64,000 nt of DNA from an uncultured virus (IMG/VR IMGVR_UViG_3300035698_015449) (taxonomy: Duplodnaviria > Heunggongvirae > Uroviricota > Caudoviricetes). Below the pieces are notes generated by a model, which searched no databases, had not been told where the DNA came from, and saw only the letters and a program-made list of their open reading frames with translations. Shown here piece by piece: positions 19,542-28,914 of the stretch. The translations under genes were made by a program, and so were the position numbers. How positions within the stretch are numbered: position 1 is the first letter of the stretch; every line of letters starts with the position of its first letter. The DNA is taken from the IMG/VR virus record IMGVR_UViG_3300035698_015449; one strand, given 5' to 3'.

Positions 19542-20044
19542 ATCTTTCTCTTTTCGATGTGGATTATCTCTTCGTAAGCATTGAGTTCGAAAAAGTCAAC
19601 GACTGACTTGATCTCTTCCAAACAGTCCTCTCTTAGTTTGTGACATTCATTAGTGGTGAATTGACCGTAAAGGGGACTATAATCATCAGCCCATGCATGC
19701 CAATACCATTGATCCTTATGTGTACATCCCTCGTACTGTTCAACTTTTACTCTGTAGGTACAATCCTTCAACGCAGTTTTGTCATCTAGACTTACCCAAT
19801 GCCAATATGAATTAAACGCACCAATCTCCCACCCATTATCATTCTTGACGATTTTAGCTAAGCGCCCGGGGATCAAAAGCCAATTCGGATCTAGACTTAA
19901 AAACGCTTCTTCCCATGCCTTTGCAGGAGCAGTAGAAGTTGTGACAGGATCTTTACAACGTTCATTCTCATAGATACACCATTTATCTCCATCTTTTTTG
20001 CATATGGCTGTTGGACAAATCTTCAATGTTAATTCTTTACTCAT
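19538..20044 (-). CDS. Hypothetical protein
   Basis: ATGA-coupled ORF. Confidence 0.6.
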   Translation of the reverse strand: MSKELTLKICPTAICKKDGDKWCIYENERCKDPVTTSTAPAKAWEEAFLSLDPNWLLIPGRLAKIVKNDNGWEIGAFNSYWHWVSLDDKTALKDCTYRVKVEQYEGCTHKDQWYWHAWADDYSPLYGQFTTNECHKLREDCLEEIKSVVDFFELNAYEEIIHIEKRKI

Positions 20045-20532
20045 TTATTCTCCCACCTTTTCCACTTACCGTTAACTTTCTCATAGAACATTCCATGTTT
20101 AACTGAAATGGTCATAAACTTCTCATTGCTTTTATAGATCGTATTTTTCGTTTTACGCATTCCGTGCGACTTTAACAATACTCGTTTGACGATAAAGGCG
20201 TAATTATCATCCATACTTATTATAGCAAATGCGGACGCTTTGTTTTTCTCTTTCCGTGCAGGGATATCCATCGTATCAAAATGGAAAGGCCAATCGTATC
20301 GGGTCTTACCCCAAAACTTACCTGCCTTTCTTTCCGCTTCAAAGATCCTAACTTGCCCCTCTTTGGACACTTCAAGATCCCAAAAGCCATCTTTGAATGT
20401 ACCATCTGACTCATGAACATTAACTTTGAAACCGTCAATGCTATAAACATCCTGCAAGATAGCAATAAGCTGTTGCTTCGCTTTCTCGTCATGCTCATCA
20501 CATAACTTCTGATCAAATGGTTTCTGATCCAT
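20041..20532 (-). CDS. Hypothetical protein, possibly PD-(D/E)XK fold
   Basis: WDLEV...FEAERK pattern. Confidence 0.5.
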   Translation of the reverse strand: MDQKPFDQKLCDEHDEKAKQQLIAILQDVYSIDGFKVNVHESDGTFKDGFWDLEVSKEGQVRIFEAERKAGKFWGKTRYDWPFHFDTMDIPARKEKNKASAFAIISMDDNYAFIVKRVLLKSHGMRKTKNTIYKSNEKFMTISVKHGMFYEKVNGKWKRWENK

Positions 20533-21197
20533 TATAGCACCCAATATGAAGTGTCTTTCAACCCTGCGTCTACTTCTTCTAGATAGTTAAACATGTCGTC
20601 CCATTCAGAGAAGAAATGATGTGACTTAATAAACGTAGCCATCCAAGGGTTAAAATCTTCAAGTTGATCTTTGTTATACTTCAAAAGGATAACCTTCTTC
20701 TCAAACGTTGCTACGACTAACTCATGGATTGTTCCCACTGTGGGAACAGTTGGGTCATGATCAAGTATAACAAAATCACAATGATCTATAAGTCTCAAAT
20801 CTGTACGTACAATAGGCCAAAAATCTTGCTTAACCTTATCCCATTCTTCATTCACAATCATCTTACGAAACTTTTTCTTACTCTCTCCAATCTCATTAAG
20901 CCTGTTGTCTCCCATGGCGATATGCTTCTGACAGGGATCAAGGATTTCTAACCCGAAAGCCTCAAGACGTGGAGTGACAATACTGCGCCATGCAACTCCG
21001 TCATCATGAAGGTTCATAATTGGGCCGCTAAGGTATACTTTCTTTCCGTGCAAGTAATTCATAACATTATCCTCATCAAGACTTAGGCTTTTGAATGACA
21101 ATCCGTGTTTATTACAGTTCCCACATTTATTAGCTATAGCTTCATCAGACGGAACCTTTATTGACCATCCGCAACTATTACAATATAACTCTTTCAT
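20532..21197 (-). CDS. Nucleoside 2-deoxyribosyltransferase-like protein with N-terminal Zn ribbon
   Basis: VYLSGPI...W R...LDP, DLRLIDHCDFVI...TVGTIHEL. Confidence 0.75.
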   Translation of the reverse strand: MKELYCNSCGWSIKVPSDEAIANKCGNCNKHGLSFKSLSLDEDNVMNYLHGKKVYLSGPIMNLHDDGVAWRSIVTPRLEAFGLEILDPCQKHIAMGDNRLNEIGESKKKFRKMIVNEEWDKVKQDFWPIVRTDLRLIDHCDFVILDHDPTVPTVGTIHELVVATFEKKVILLKYNKDQLEDFNPWMATFIKSHHFFSEWDDMFNYLEEVDAGLKDTSYWVL

Positions 21198-21394
21198 ATC
21201 TTACTCTCCATTTCTTCTCTCAACGGACACCAAAAATAAGCGCACCATCTGCAAACTGAATCGGGCGTTTTACCTATAGCCTTTAGTTCCTCTTTCCATC
21301 CATCATGCCAACAATACTCTTCTCCCTTCCAAAAAGATCCTGAAAAATGCTCACAAGATTCTTTGAGCGATTCCCATTGCTCTTCGGATATCAT
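21194..21394 (-). CDS. Small Cys-rich hypothetical protein
   Basis: Coupled ORF. Confidence 0.5.
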   Translation of the reverse strand: MISEEQWESLKESCEHFSGSFWKGEEYCWHDGWKEELKAIGKTPDSVCRWCAYFWCPLREEMESKI

Positions 21395-21993
21395 ATTCTA
21401 CTCTCTTCTTTTGCTCCCGATCCTATATCAATGAGCTTCGCTTTCTTTCGAAATGTATTTAAGTCTACTGCCCCTGAATAAGACATAGAAGAACGAATGC
21501 AGTCTTTAGCTTTCCTAAGTAAGAACTTCACCTTCCCTTTGAATGGAACGATCTTAATAACGCCTTCTACAAATGAATGGTCTCTGCCGTTTTCGACTTT
21601 TCGTTCTCCGCTTGCAGACCCGCCATAGACTTTGTAGAACTCTTCCTTGTCGTTCTGATACACATGTCCCGGCGTTTCAGATGTACCTGCAATAAATGAA
21701 CCAACCATAACTGCATCGGCAAATTTAAGGGCTTTTGCAATGTCACCTTTGTATTTTATTCCGCCGTCAGCAATAATAGAAAGAAAGGGACATTGATGTC
21801 TGATATCTCGCAATGCCTTTAACTGAGGGACTCCAACTCCAGTGTTCTTCCTAGTTTCACAAACAGAGTTATGTACCGCTATATTATCCCCTACCGTATA
21901 AGAATGATCATCTTCTACGTGAATATCGTATACTTCACCATCAAATTCTAATTCTTCAATCGTTGCTATTTCTTTCAATTGGTACTTTTTCAT
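21391..21993 (-). CDS. guaB: IMP dehydrogenase/GMP reductase C-terminal part, preceded by a 42-aa split-intein C-half
   Basis: MKKYQLKEI...VYDIHVEDDHSY...VHN|SVCETR.NTGVGVPQ, IIADGGI, AVMVGS, FVEGV; start 21993 with AGGGAG SD. Confidence 0.92.
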   Translation of the reverse strand: MKKYQLKEIATIEELEFDGEVYDIHVEDDHSYTVGDNIAVHNSVCETRKNTGVGVPQLKALRDIRHQCPFLSIIADGGIKYKGDIAKALKFADAVMVGSFIAGTSETPGHVYQNDKEEFYKVYGGSASGERKVENGRDHSFVEGVIKIVPFKGKVKFLLRKAKDCIRSSMSYSGAVDLNTFRKKAKLIDIGSGAKEESRI

Positions 21994-22055
21994 TACATTC
22001 TCCCTATCATAATACAATACAGATTAACTTAACCAATATTGTGAGTCCCTTCTAT

Positions 22056-22937
22056 TCATTCATTTATTTCTAGCAATAGATAATCTTTAGACAACTCGTC
22101 AGCCCGAATCCATTCAGCGTACTCATTCATGTTATCATCTGTAACAATATCTCTGTACTTTTTGTTTAGAACGTAGAACTCATGATTAGCAGTACATTTA
22201 ATATCATTGACTTGGATCAGTTTCTCATCCTCTTTGCGAATCATAGTGCCAATTACATTTTTGTATCGACCCCTATGGGTAAGGACTTCTTCACCGTCTT
22301 GAATTTCTTCAATTGGCTTTTTACCGCTTTTGGTCTGAACAAGGGTTCCTGCAACGAAGCAACCCGGCCCGATCCCAACTTTGACAATATCCGCTCCCCA
22401 TTCTGCAAGGTCAGATGCTCCCTTAGCAGTTGCAACGTTACCTGCGATAATACAGATCTTATCTCCATATTCAGACCTCATGTAACTGATCATATTCTTT
22501 ACAAGAACATGATGACCATGAGCTACGTCAACCGTGAACAATCTAGCTCCAGCATCATACAGGGCGATAAGTCTTTTCTTGTCTTCTTGTTGAACGCCTA
22601 TAGAAACGCCTACACAATATTCAGGAGACATCCATTTTTTCCTATAAACTATATCAGACTTGTCAAACTCTTCACCTATAGCACTATCGGCTTCTTTAAA
22701 CTCATCAACCGCTTCCTTAATGCTCCCAAACCTATGTAAGATTCCAAGACCGCCGTGACTAGCCATTTCAATAGCCATTTTTGGGCCTGTAATGTCTTTC
22801 ATGTTGGCTGAGATTAAAGGCAGTTCAAGAAGGAACTTGCCCATACTTGTAGTTGTACTAATTTCGCTACGACTCTCTATTTCTGAGTACTGAGGTTCGA
22901 ACATTACATCATTAAACGTTTCTCCAGTGCTTGCCAT
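22056..22937 (-). CDS. guaB: IMP dehydrogenase/GMP reductase N-terminal part, followed by a 101-aa split-intein N-half
   Basis: [44 protein letters not shown]...CTANHEFYV; no CBS domains. Confidence 0.92.
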   Translation of the reverse strand: MASTGETFNDVMFEPQYSEIESRSEISTTTSMGKFLLELPLISANMKDITGPKMAIEMASHGGLGILHRFGSIKEAVDEFKEADSAIGEEFDKSDIVYRKKWMSPEYCVGVSIGVQQEDKKRLIALYDAGARLFTVDVAHGHHVLVKNMISYMRSEYGDKICIIAGNVATAKGASDLAEWGADIVKVGIGPGCFVAGTLVQTKSGKKPIEEIQDGEEVLTHRGRYKNVIGTMIRKEDEKLIQVNDIKCTANHEFYVLNKKYRDIVTDDNMNEYAEWIRADELSKDYLLLEINE

Positions 22938-22972
22938 TATTTCCTCCGTTGTTAATACAATCCATTATACCA

Positions 22973-23932
22973 TCAAAGTTCTAAACTGCCAATAGTATTT
23001 TCGTTTAAATATCCCGATAGTGCTTCGGGTGGCAAATCGTTGATATGCTCTTCTACTTGCTCTACATAGTCTGCAATATCCATAGCTTGTGACTGCTCGT
23101 AAATCTCGCTCATCAAATCGTTACTCATCTTGTAGTTTTGGTAGATGCGATATACATAGCCGCTCTGTTTCCCAGTGATGACTTTTTTGTTCTCATCTTT
23201 AACTATCTTTTTTATATCCCACAGTCCTTGTTTCAAAATATAAGTAATCCAAAACTTAGGTAGTTCTGACGCCTCATCTGCAACATGCATGTGATACTTC
23301 GCACTTATTCCATTACCCTGTCTTGTAATAGTCAGATCATGCGCCGTAAGACCACTAACTCTAGTCTTTATAGCGTCAGCTTTATTATTTTTGAGAGAAA
23401 CAGTTTCATCCAATAGTTGCCGACAAAGAGATTTGCTAAAACAAGCGATAACAGGATTGGACACCGTGAATTTGGCGTTAGATTCAAGGACGATTGCATT
23501 AGAGAAAACTACAGGTTGCCATCTAGATGATTTGCTCAGTGTATTGAGATGTTCAACCATATCCGTTATAAGTTTACCTTTAGCTGTATGAGGTTTAATG
23601 TCTGCAATGGACTCTATATGCAGTTTCTTTCTAACTTCATCGGGAGCCTTATTAAAAACCCTTTGTTGGACTGTTTTGAGTACGGTTCCATCTCCCTGTA
23701 TGATCTTAGTCAATTCGGAAGCGGACATAAACTTGTTGAATTTGTAATTAGGTGGAATAAATACTCTACTCCCAGCGATGAACGGCCCTACCAAACGTAA
23801 TTTATAGGACGTACCATCCCTAAAGGAGAGTATAGCGTGAGGAGACGAATTACGATACAGGTCTTCCCAAAGGTCGCCTGCGGTATTCGGTATTGAAATT
23901 TCCTCGATGGTTTTGCGTAAGTTTGCCTTCAT
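22973..23932 (-). CDS. Hypothetical protein, possible divergent SSB paralog
   Basis: YKLRLVGP resembles YEIRLVGN of the 53898 SSB; DLTITRQG...AKY. Confidence 0.5.
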   Translation of the reverse strand: MKANLRKTIEEISIPNTAGDLWEDLYRNSSPHAILSFRDGTSYKLRLVGPFIAGSRVFIPPNYKFNKFMSASELTKIIQGDGTVLKTVQQRVFNKAPDEVRKKLHIESIADIKPHTAKGKLITDMVEHLNTLSKSSRWQPVVFSNAIVLESNAKFTVSNPVIACFSKSLCRQLLDETVSLKNNKADAIKTRVSGLTAHDLTITRQGNGISAKYHMHVADEASELPKFWITYILKQGLWDIKKIVKDENKKVITGKQSGYVYRIYQNYKMSNDLMSEIYEQSQAMDIADYVEQVEEHINDLPPEALSGYLNENTIGSLEL

Positions 23933-24621
23933 TGAGCCTTTCGACTAAGTGCGTCCAATCTATCAAGAATGTTTTTAACTAACTGTCTTTCTCTTTCTGT
24001 TTGGGCTTCCGATAATGCTTCATTGATAATTCGAATAAAATCGTTTGTAGGAATTGTAATCAGTTCCCCTGAGTTCTTCATCTCTCCAAGGATTGAGGCT
24101 TGCAATTTCAAAAGATTGCTAAGGACTCCCATTAACCTTGCAGTTTCAGCACTCTTCATCTTTTCTATTGTAGCAACGCTCTCATCTTCTGATGCTATGA
24201 CGCTATTCACGCCCATCAGTCTTTCATAAACAACTGAGAAACAGACCGATATCCTATCCATTGTAGTAAGGTTCTGACCAGAGTAACGTTTAATGCGATC
24301 TATATACTCTACTTTTTGGTGTTCCCTTATTGCACGGTCATAATGGAATCGCATATGGTTCTCAACGACTCCCTTGTTGATCTTCTCGCTACTTTTGTCA
24401 TGGAAAAGCTTGATAGCTTCAGCGTAGTTCTTTGTTTCCAAAAACTTTTGCTCTACCTCTTCACGACAAGGATCTGAACATATTAGGCAGGTGGGTTCAT
24501 GTAAAACTAGTCCATCGCTCAAATTGATGGCTTGAGAGAACAATTTGTCAACTTGGTCACCACCCGTCAATGTTTTTACAGACATGGGCTTAATTTCTTC
24601 CATAGAGTCTTCGGGTTCCAT
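23929..24621 (-). CDS. Hypothetical phage protein (CxxC, helical)
   Basis: ORF with AGGAG SD and TGTATAAT promoter. Confidence 0.65.
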   Translation of the reverse strand: MEPEDSMEEIKPMSVKTLTGGDQVDKLFSQAINLSDGLVLHEPTCLICSDPCREEVEQKFLETKNYAEAIKLFHDKSSEKINKGVVENHMRFHYDRAIREHQKVEYIDRIKRYSGQNLTTMDRISVCFSVVYERLMGVNSVIASEDESVATIEKMKSAETARLMGVLSNLLKLQASILGEMKNSGELITIPTNDFIRIINEALSEAQTERERQLVKNILDRLDALSRKAQ

Positions 24622-24662
24622 ACTTATCTCCTTTGTATTTCTTCAGAGTTATTATACAATTT

Positions 24663-24920
24663 TTACTGATCTTTCGCAACAGTTTGAGCGATATCAGTCA
24701 GGAGGTATGAAAGGGTGTTCTGCCTGCAATCAAGCAAAACTGATAGGAAGTTGTCTATTTTCTCTTCAGGGATAGGATAGTTTTTGTTTTTAGCATAAAC
24801 CCTAAGTGCTTTCATAACCTCTTTGGCTTCAGTTCGCCTATTAGAGATTACAATTAAGTCATTGACGTTGTTGATTAACGTAATAATGGACTTTGTAGTT
24901 GGTGATAAAGGTTTTTGCAT
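24663..24920 (-). CDS. Hypothetical protein
   Basis: TAATG-coupled ORF. Confidence 0.6.
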   Translation of the reverse strand: MQKPLSPTTKSIITLINNVNDLIVISNRRTEAKEVMKALRVYAKNKNYPIPEEKIDNFLSVLLDCRQNTLSYLLTDIAQTVAKDQ

Positions 24921-25351
24921 TATGAGATCCTATCTACTGAGACGATTCGCTCTGGCTCAATAGATGGGTCTTTCAACATTACCTCTTCCGCTCTTTCCCA
25001 AGCTTCTTGATCAGATGATGCATATACAGCGTGGTTAATGTCGTAAGAACTCCATACTTTACCATATGCGTCTTCAAATTGGAAACTGTATTCGTGTCTA
25101 CCCTCTGAAGAAGGGATGTTGGACTGGGCGAGTTGGATATAACTTTCTGCTGACTCTCTACTAATGCCGTCAATAACAAGTAGTTCGCTACATTCAGAAG
25201 GTGACAACCCATCTTCTAAATAGATATTGGCCTTAGCCACCAAACGGTCATGGTCTTGTATGGCCGATTTAGTTTGTTGGCGAAGTTGTTTGTAAAGACT
25301 TTCTACAAACGACAGCCTTATTAAATCCTCTGTAGTTGAACTGTTTTTCAT
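24920..25351 (-). CDS. Hypothetical protein (sigmaH-like promoter)
   Basis: Clean ORF. Confidence 0.65.
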   Translation of the reverse strand: MKNSSTTEDLIRLSFVESLYKQLRQQTKSAIQDHDRLVAKANIYLEDGLSPSECSELLVIDGISRESAESYIQLAQSNIPSSEGRHEYSFQFEDAYGKVWSSYDINHAVYASSDQEAWERAEEVMLKDPSIEPERIVSVDRIS

Positions 25352-25387
25352 ATTCCCTTATTCCGCAAAAAATATCAGAATCCCTTT

Positions 25388-26257
25388 TTACTGGATGGGG
25401 CTTCCGATATCTTCTTCCCCTTCCGCACTAATAATTACAGTCTCATCATTCTGTGCTTTATGGGTAACTTCCTCCTTTACTTCGGAAGTTTCTGCGGAAT
25501 CTGATTCCATGTCGTTCTCTTGTAATGCCCAAGATACATTGTAGTAATCGGGATTGCCTTTGTTCATCCATCTGCCACCCTCAAATGACTTAACAGACAT
25601 CTTACCTTCACGTGGAGTGTAAACATAATCAATAGCTTCGTTTCCTGTCCATCCATTCGCAATAACCGTACCTGTGGCTATGTAATGGGTTCCTCCGCTA
25701 GTACCTTCAAATATGATGTTGATCTCTTTACCATCCTCTTTAATCTTAGCTTCTTTGACAGAACCAAGTGTATAACATTGTATAGTACGCTGAACAACCT
25801 CTTCTGCGTTTTTGGAAATGTTCGGATTTTGCAAACCTGAAACGTGGTTAAGAGGTTCAAATTCTTCAACTTTACCGCCCATATCAACAATGCATGTGCC
25901 AACACGTTCGATTTGACTTGTGATACATTTTGACAAATCGCTATTCAAAGAACATCTTTCAAACGCTTCTACAAGGTCATCTCTTACATCGTACAGGGTT
26001 AACAAAACCTTTTCTGAATGGACATGACGGGATGCTGTTGCCACTGGTTGGTTTTGTAGCCCCACCTTCTTGATTGATGATATAGCAACATCTCCTTGCG
26101 ATTCAATTTCCTCGCTCATTGCGGCGACTTGGGATGGATGTGCCGCTCCAAGTTGGGTTTTCAAACCATCTGCTAAAATGTCTCCAGTGATAACTGGCTC
26201 CAACTCTTCGTCAGGCACCAAAGATGCTAATTGTTCTTGTTCGCTGTTTGCAGGCAT
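25388..26257 (-). CDS. Hypothetical acidic protein, possibly virion-associated
   Basis: AAGGAG SD; in a putative late transcription unit. Confidence 0.6.
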   Translation of the reverse strand: MPANSEQEQLASLVPDEELEPVITGDILADGLKTQLGAAHPSQVAAMSEEIESQGDVAISSIKKVGLQNQPVATASRHVHSEKVLLTLYDVRDDLVEAFERCSLNSDLSKCITSQIERVGTCIVDMGGKVEEFEPLNHVSGLQNPNISKNAEEVVQRTIQCYTLGSVKEAKIKEDGKEINIIFEGTSGGTHYIATGTVIANGWTGNEAIDYVYTPREGKMSVKSFEGGRWMNKGNPDYYNVSWALQENDMESDSAETSEVKEEVTHKAQNDETVIISAEGEEDIGSPIQ

Positions 26258-26259
26258 AA

Positions 26260-26502
26260 TTACTCCTTAATGTTTGTAGTCAATTCTTCTATACCACAAT
26301 TTGGGCATCCATTTTCAGTAAGCAATATTGATATTACAAATCCGCAGCTTATGCATTGGACAACTTCATTGCCAAAGTTCTTGTCGTCAGCTAGAGTCGC
26401 ATCTAATCCTTCTACCGCCCTGTCATGCACTGGACGACCAAAAGGAGTTCGTTTAAGAACTTGCTCTCTAGATAACATTTGATATGCCTGTTCTATATTC
26501 AT
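26260..26502 (-). CDS. Zn-ribbon protein
   Basis: CISCG...CPNCG. Confidence 0.6.
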   Translation of the reverse strand: MNIEQAYQMLSREQVLKRTPFGRPVHDRAVEGLDATLADDKNFGNEVVQCISCGFVISILLTENGCPNCGIEELTTNIKE

Positions 26503-26566
26503 AGTATAGTATTCCAACCCTATTATACACTTTCCTTGATAGATTTTTTGAAACCAACTAAAAAAA

Positions 26567-26591
26567 AGGAATATCTAGATATATCTAGAAT
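26567..26591 (+). promoter_or_regulatory. Representative sigmaH-like promoter AGGA-N17-GAAT containing the palindrome TCTAGATATATCTAGA
   Basis: One of 12 similar sites listed in the findings. Confidence 0.65.
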
Positions 26592-26599
26592 AAATTTAT

Positions 26600-26758
26600 A
26601 TGAAAAAGAAAAGATTAGAGTTTAATGTAATTCTGAGCAAAGAAGATAGAGAGATAGTTGACACATTAAAAATATATGGAATTAATATTTCTGCGGCTTT
26701 CCGTATCTTTATACGCTCTCATCTTGAAAAAATACAAGAGGTACACAATGCAAAATAA
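26600..26758 (+). CDS. Small ribbon-helix-helix-like protein (52 aa; not in ORF track)
   Basis: MKKKRLEFNVILSKEDREIVDTLKIYGINISAAFRIFIRSHLEKIQ: strand-helix-G-x-N-x-S-helix pattern; ATG 8 nt after GAAT. Confidence 0.6.
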   Translation: MKKKRLEFNVILSKEDREIVDTLKIYGINISAAFRIFIRSHLEKIQEVHNAK

Positions 26759-27467
26759 AATGTGTTCAAAATGCAAAGATCCTAAGCCATCTTCTGATTA
26801 CATTAAAAACAAATCGACCAAAGACGGCTTAGGATGCTATTGTCATGAATGTCGTGTAGAATACAACAAAAATCACCGACGAGAGAACTATCAAAAAATT
26901 AGATACTCAGAAAAACTTTATTATGAAAAACATAAAAAGGAATGCTTAGAAGGACAAAAAGATTATCGCCAACGCAATAAGGGAAAGGTGACGGAGAACA
27001 AAAAAACTTATTATTCTAACAACAAAATCAAAATAAAAAACAAAGTCAAGGAATGGAAATCTAAAAATGCAACACGCACTAGTGTGTATATGAAAAAATA
27101 TAAACAAGACAATAAACATAAGTTAAATGAGAAAAGACGCAATAGGCTTCAAGCCGATCCAGAATACAAGCTTTTACACACCCTTAGGGGAAGGCTTCAT
27201 ACCGCTATAAATAAACAGTCTGCCTCAAAAATGAATAGAACATTAGATCTAATAGGATGCTCAACAATTGAATGTAAAAAACATATAGAATCTTTATGGA
27301 CAAAAGGTATGACATGGGAAAATCACGGTGTAAAAGGTTGGCATATCGACCATATACAACCTTGTTCATCTTTCGACTTGACCAAAGAATCAGAACAAAG
27401 AAAATGCTTTAATTACAAAAACTTACAGCCATTATGGTGGCAAGACAATCTATCAAAAGGGGGGTAA
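26748..27467 (+). CDS. HNH-like homing endonuclease (WHIDH type)
   Basis: KMCSKCK...CHEC, basic helical repeats, MTWENHG..GWHIDHIQPC...FNYKNLQPLW; start moved to 26748 (GAGG SD). Confidence 0.8.
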   Translation: MQNKMCSKCKDPKPSSDYIKNKSTKDGLGCYCHECRVEYNKNHRRENYQKIRYSEKLYYEKHKKECLEGQKDYRQRNKGKVTENKKTYYSNNKIKIKNKVKEWKSKNATRTSVYMKKYKQDNKHKLNEKRRNRLQADPEYKLLHTLRGRLHTAINKQSASKMNRTLDLIGCSTIECKKHIESLWTKGMTWENHGVKGWHIDHIQPCSSFDLTKESEQRKCFNYKNLQPLWWQDNLSKGG

Positions 27468-27469
27468 AT

Positions 27470-28033
27470 GTGTCAAATAAATATTCACTAGCTAAAAAGA
27501 CAGGTAAAAACTATTGTGACGATTTGTGGAGAAGATTAATCAAATTGCAATTCGACAATAAATGTCCAATCTGCAAACAATTAGGCATAGGCGATGAGTC
27601 CGATAAACAAAATGCTCACCATTTAATCTCAAGAAGAGTCTTTAGATACCGATGGGATACCGATAACGGTTTGCTACTCTGCCCCAAACATCATGAGTTT
27701 GATTTATACATATCAGCCCATACCGCTCCGTGGGCTATTGAAGAATGGGTTCAAGAATATCTGCCTGAAAAGCATAAGATATGGGTGAGGAATAGAAAGG
27801 ATCTTAGTAGCGATGGCAAATTCCTATACGAAGAGATCTACCATAGTTTAGAAGACCAATATAAGAAACTAACTGGTGAGTATTTCATGATTAAACGCAT
27901 CAACATGTACCTTCTATCAAGACACAAAGAAGAAATCATATTTGCAAAGAAGATGAGTGGAGCTACGGTTCCGTCTTTAGCTAAGAAATACAACGTCTCA
28001 GATTCCGTGATGAAAAAGTTTCTAGCTATTTAA
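27470..28033 (+). CDS. NinG-like HNH nuclease
   Basis: CPIC...NAHHLISR...RWDTDNGLLLCPKHH. Confidence 0.7.
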   Translation: MSNKYSLAKKTGKNYCDDLWRRLIKLQFDNKCPICKQLGIGDESDKQNAHHLISRRVFRYRWDTDNGLLLCPKHHEFDLYISAHTAPWAIEEWVQEYLPEKHKIWVRNRKDLSSDGKFLYEEIYHSLEDQYKKLTGEYFMIKRINMYLLSRHKEEIIFAKKMSGATVPSLAKKYNVSDSVMKKFLAI

Positions 28034-28404
28034 ACTTCAAGCTCTGCAATGCTCGTATGAAACTCTCTTGAAACGTTAGATGCGACTTCCTCACTGCTCC
28101 AACCATTGTTCTGAATACCGTTAGGATCTTTAGAAGAGAATTTACCTTCAGCCTTCACTCTCCAAATAGGCCCCTTAACAGAGTCTACCTCTTGAATTAC
28201 AGTATCCACCCTCCATACTCCGTCTTTGTATTTTACAGGAAGGTTTTTATGAAGCGAATCTAATATACTATCTTCATCTTCGCTAATTGAATCGGGGGCT
28301 ATACACAGGGTTATACGAGCGGCAACATCCTCCATCTTTCCGCTCTCATCCCAGCAATCAATCTCTTCTTGATCCATAAAGCTTATATCAATGTATTCAC
28401 TCAT
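28030..28404 (-). CDS. Hypothetical protein
   Basis: ATGA-coupled ORF. Confidence 0.55.
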   Translation of the reverse strand: MSEYIDISFMDQEEIDCWDESGKMEDVAARITLCIAPDSISEDEDSILDSLHKNLPVKYKDGVWRVDTVIQEVDSVKGPIWRVKAEGKFSSKDPNGIQNNGWSSEEVASNVSREFHTSIAELEV

Positions 28405-28907
28405 AATTCTAACGATCCTACTCCTGTCGAACATTGCTCTTTGTACTCAGCCTCATCACGCTTTTTCTTCTCTTGTCTTCTTCTCTTGACAGCTAAAGAT
28501 TCTATGCGCTTCTTCTCTTGGGCTAACTGCGTCAATTTAGCCTCTTCCTTTTCAATCTTTTCTTGTGCGGTAAGAAGCTTTTTGATCTTACTTTCCCATT
28601 TCTTCTGAGCTTTTGTATCAACAGGATCAGACGTTCCCATCACTAAACGAGACATAGTTACATCGTAAATGACAATGCCTTGATTAGCAACTAAACCCGG
28701 TTCTGTTACATCGACAACTTCATATTGGCGTCCCCGATAGTCTACAATATCGTGCTTTTTATATCCAAAATCCTCTCCCATTAGATTTTGGATAGCATTC
28801 TGATTGATACGACCTCTTACCGTAATCCTTTTTGAATGATCCCCAATGTCTTCTTCTTTTACAGTTAGTTCAGGGAAAAAATCGATCCACTTCTTTTTAT
28901 TAGCCAT
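28401..28907 (-). CDS. Hypothetical coiled-coil protein
   Basis: ORF with GAGG SD. Confidence 0.6.
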   Translation of the reverse strand: MANKKKWIDFFPELTVKEEDIGDHSKRITVRGRINQNAIQNLMGEDFGYKKHDIVDYRGRQYEVVDVTEPGLVANQGIVIYDVTMSRLVMGTSDPVDTKAQKKWESKIKKLLTAQEKIEKEEAKLTQLAQEKKRIESLAVKRRRQEKKKRDEAEYKEQCSTGVGSLEL

Positions 28908-28914
28908 AGTTACC

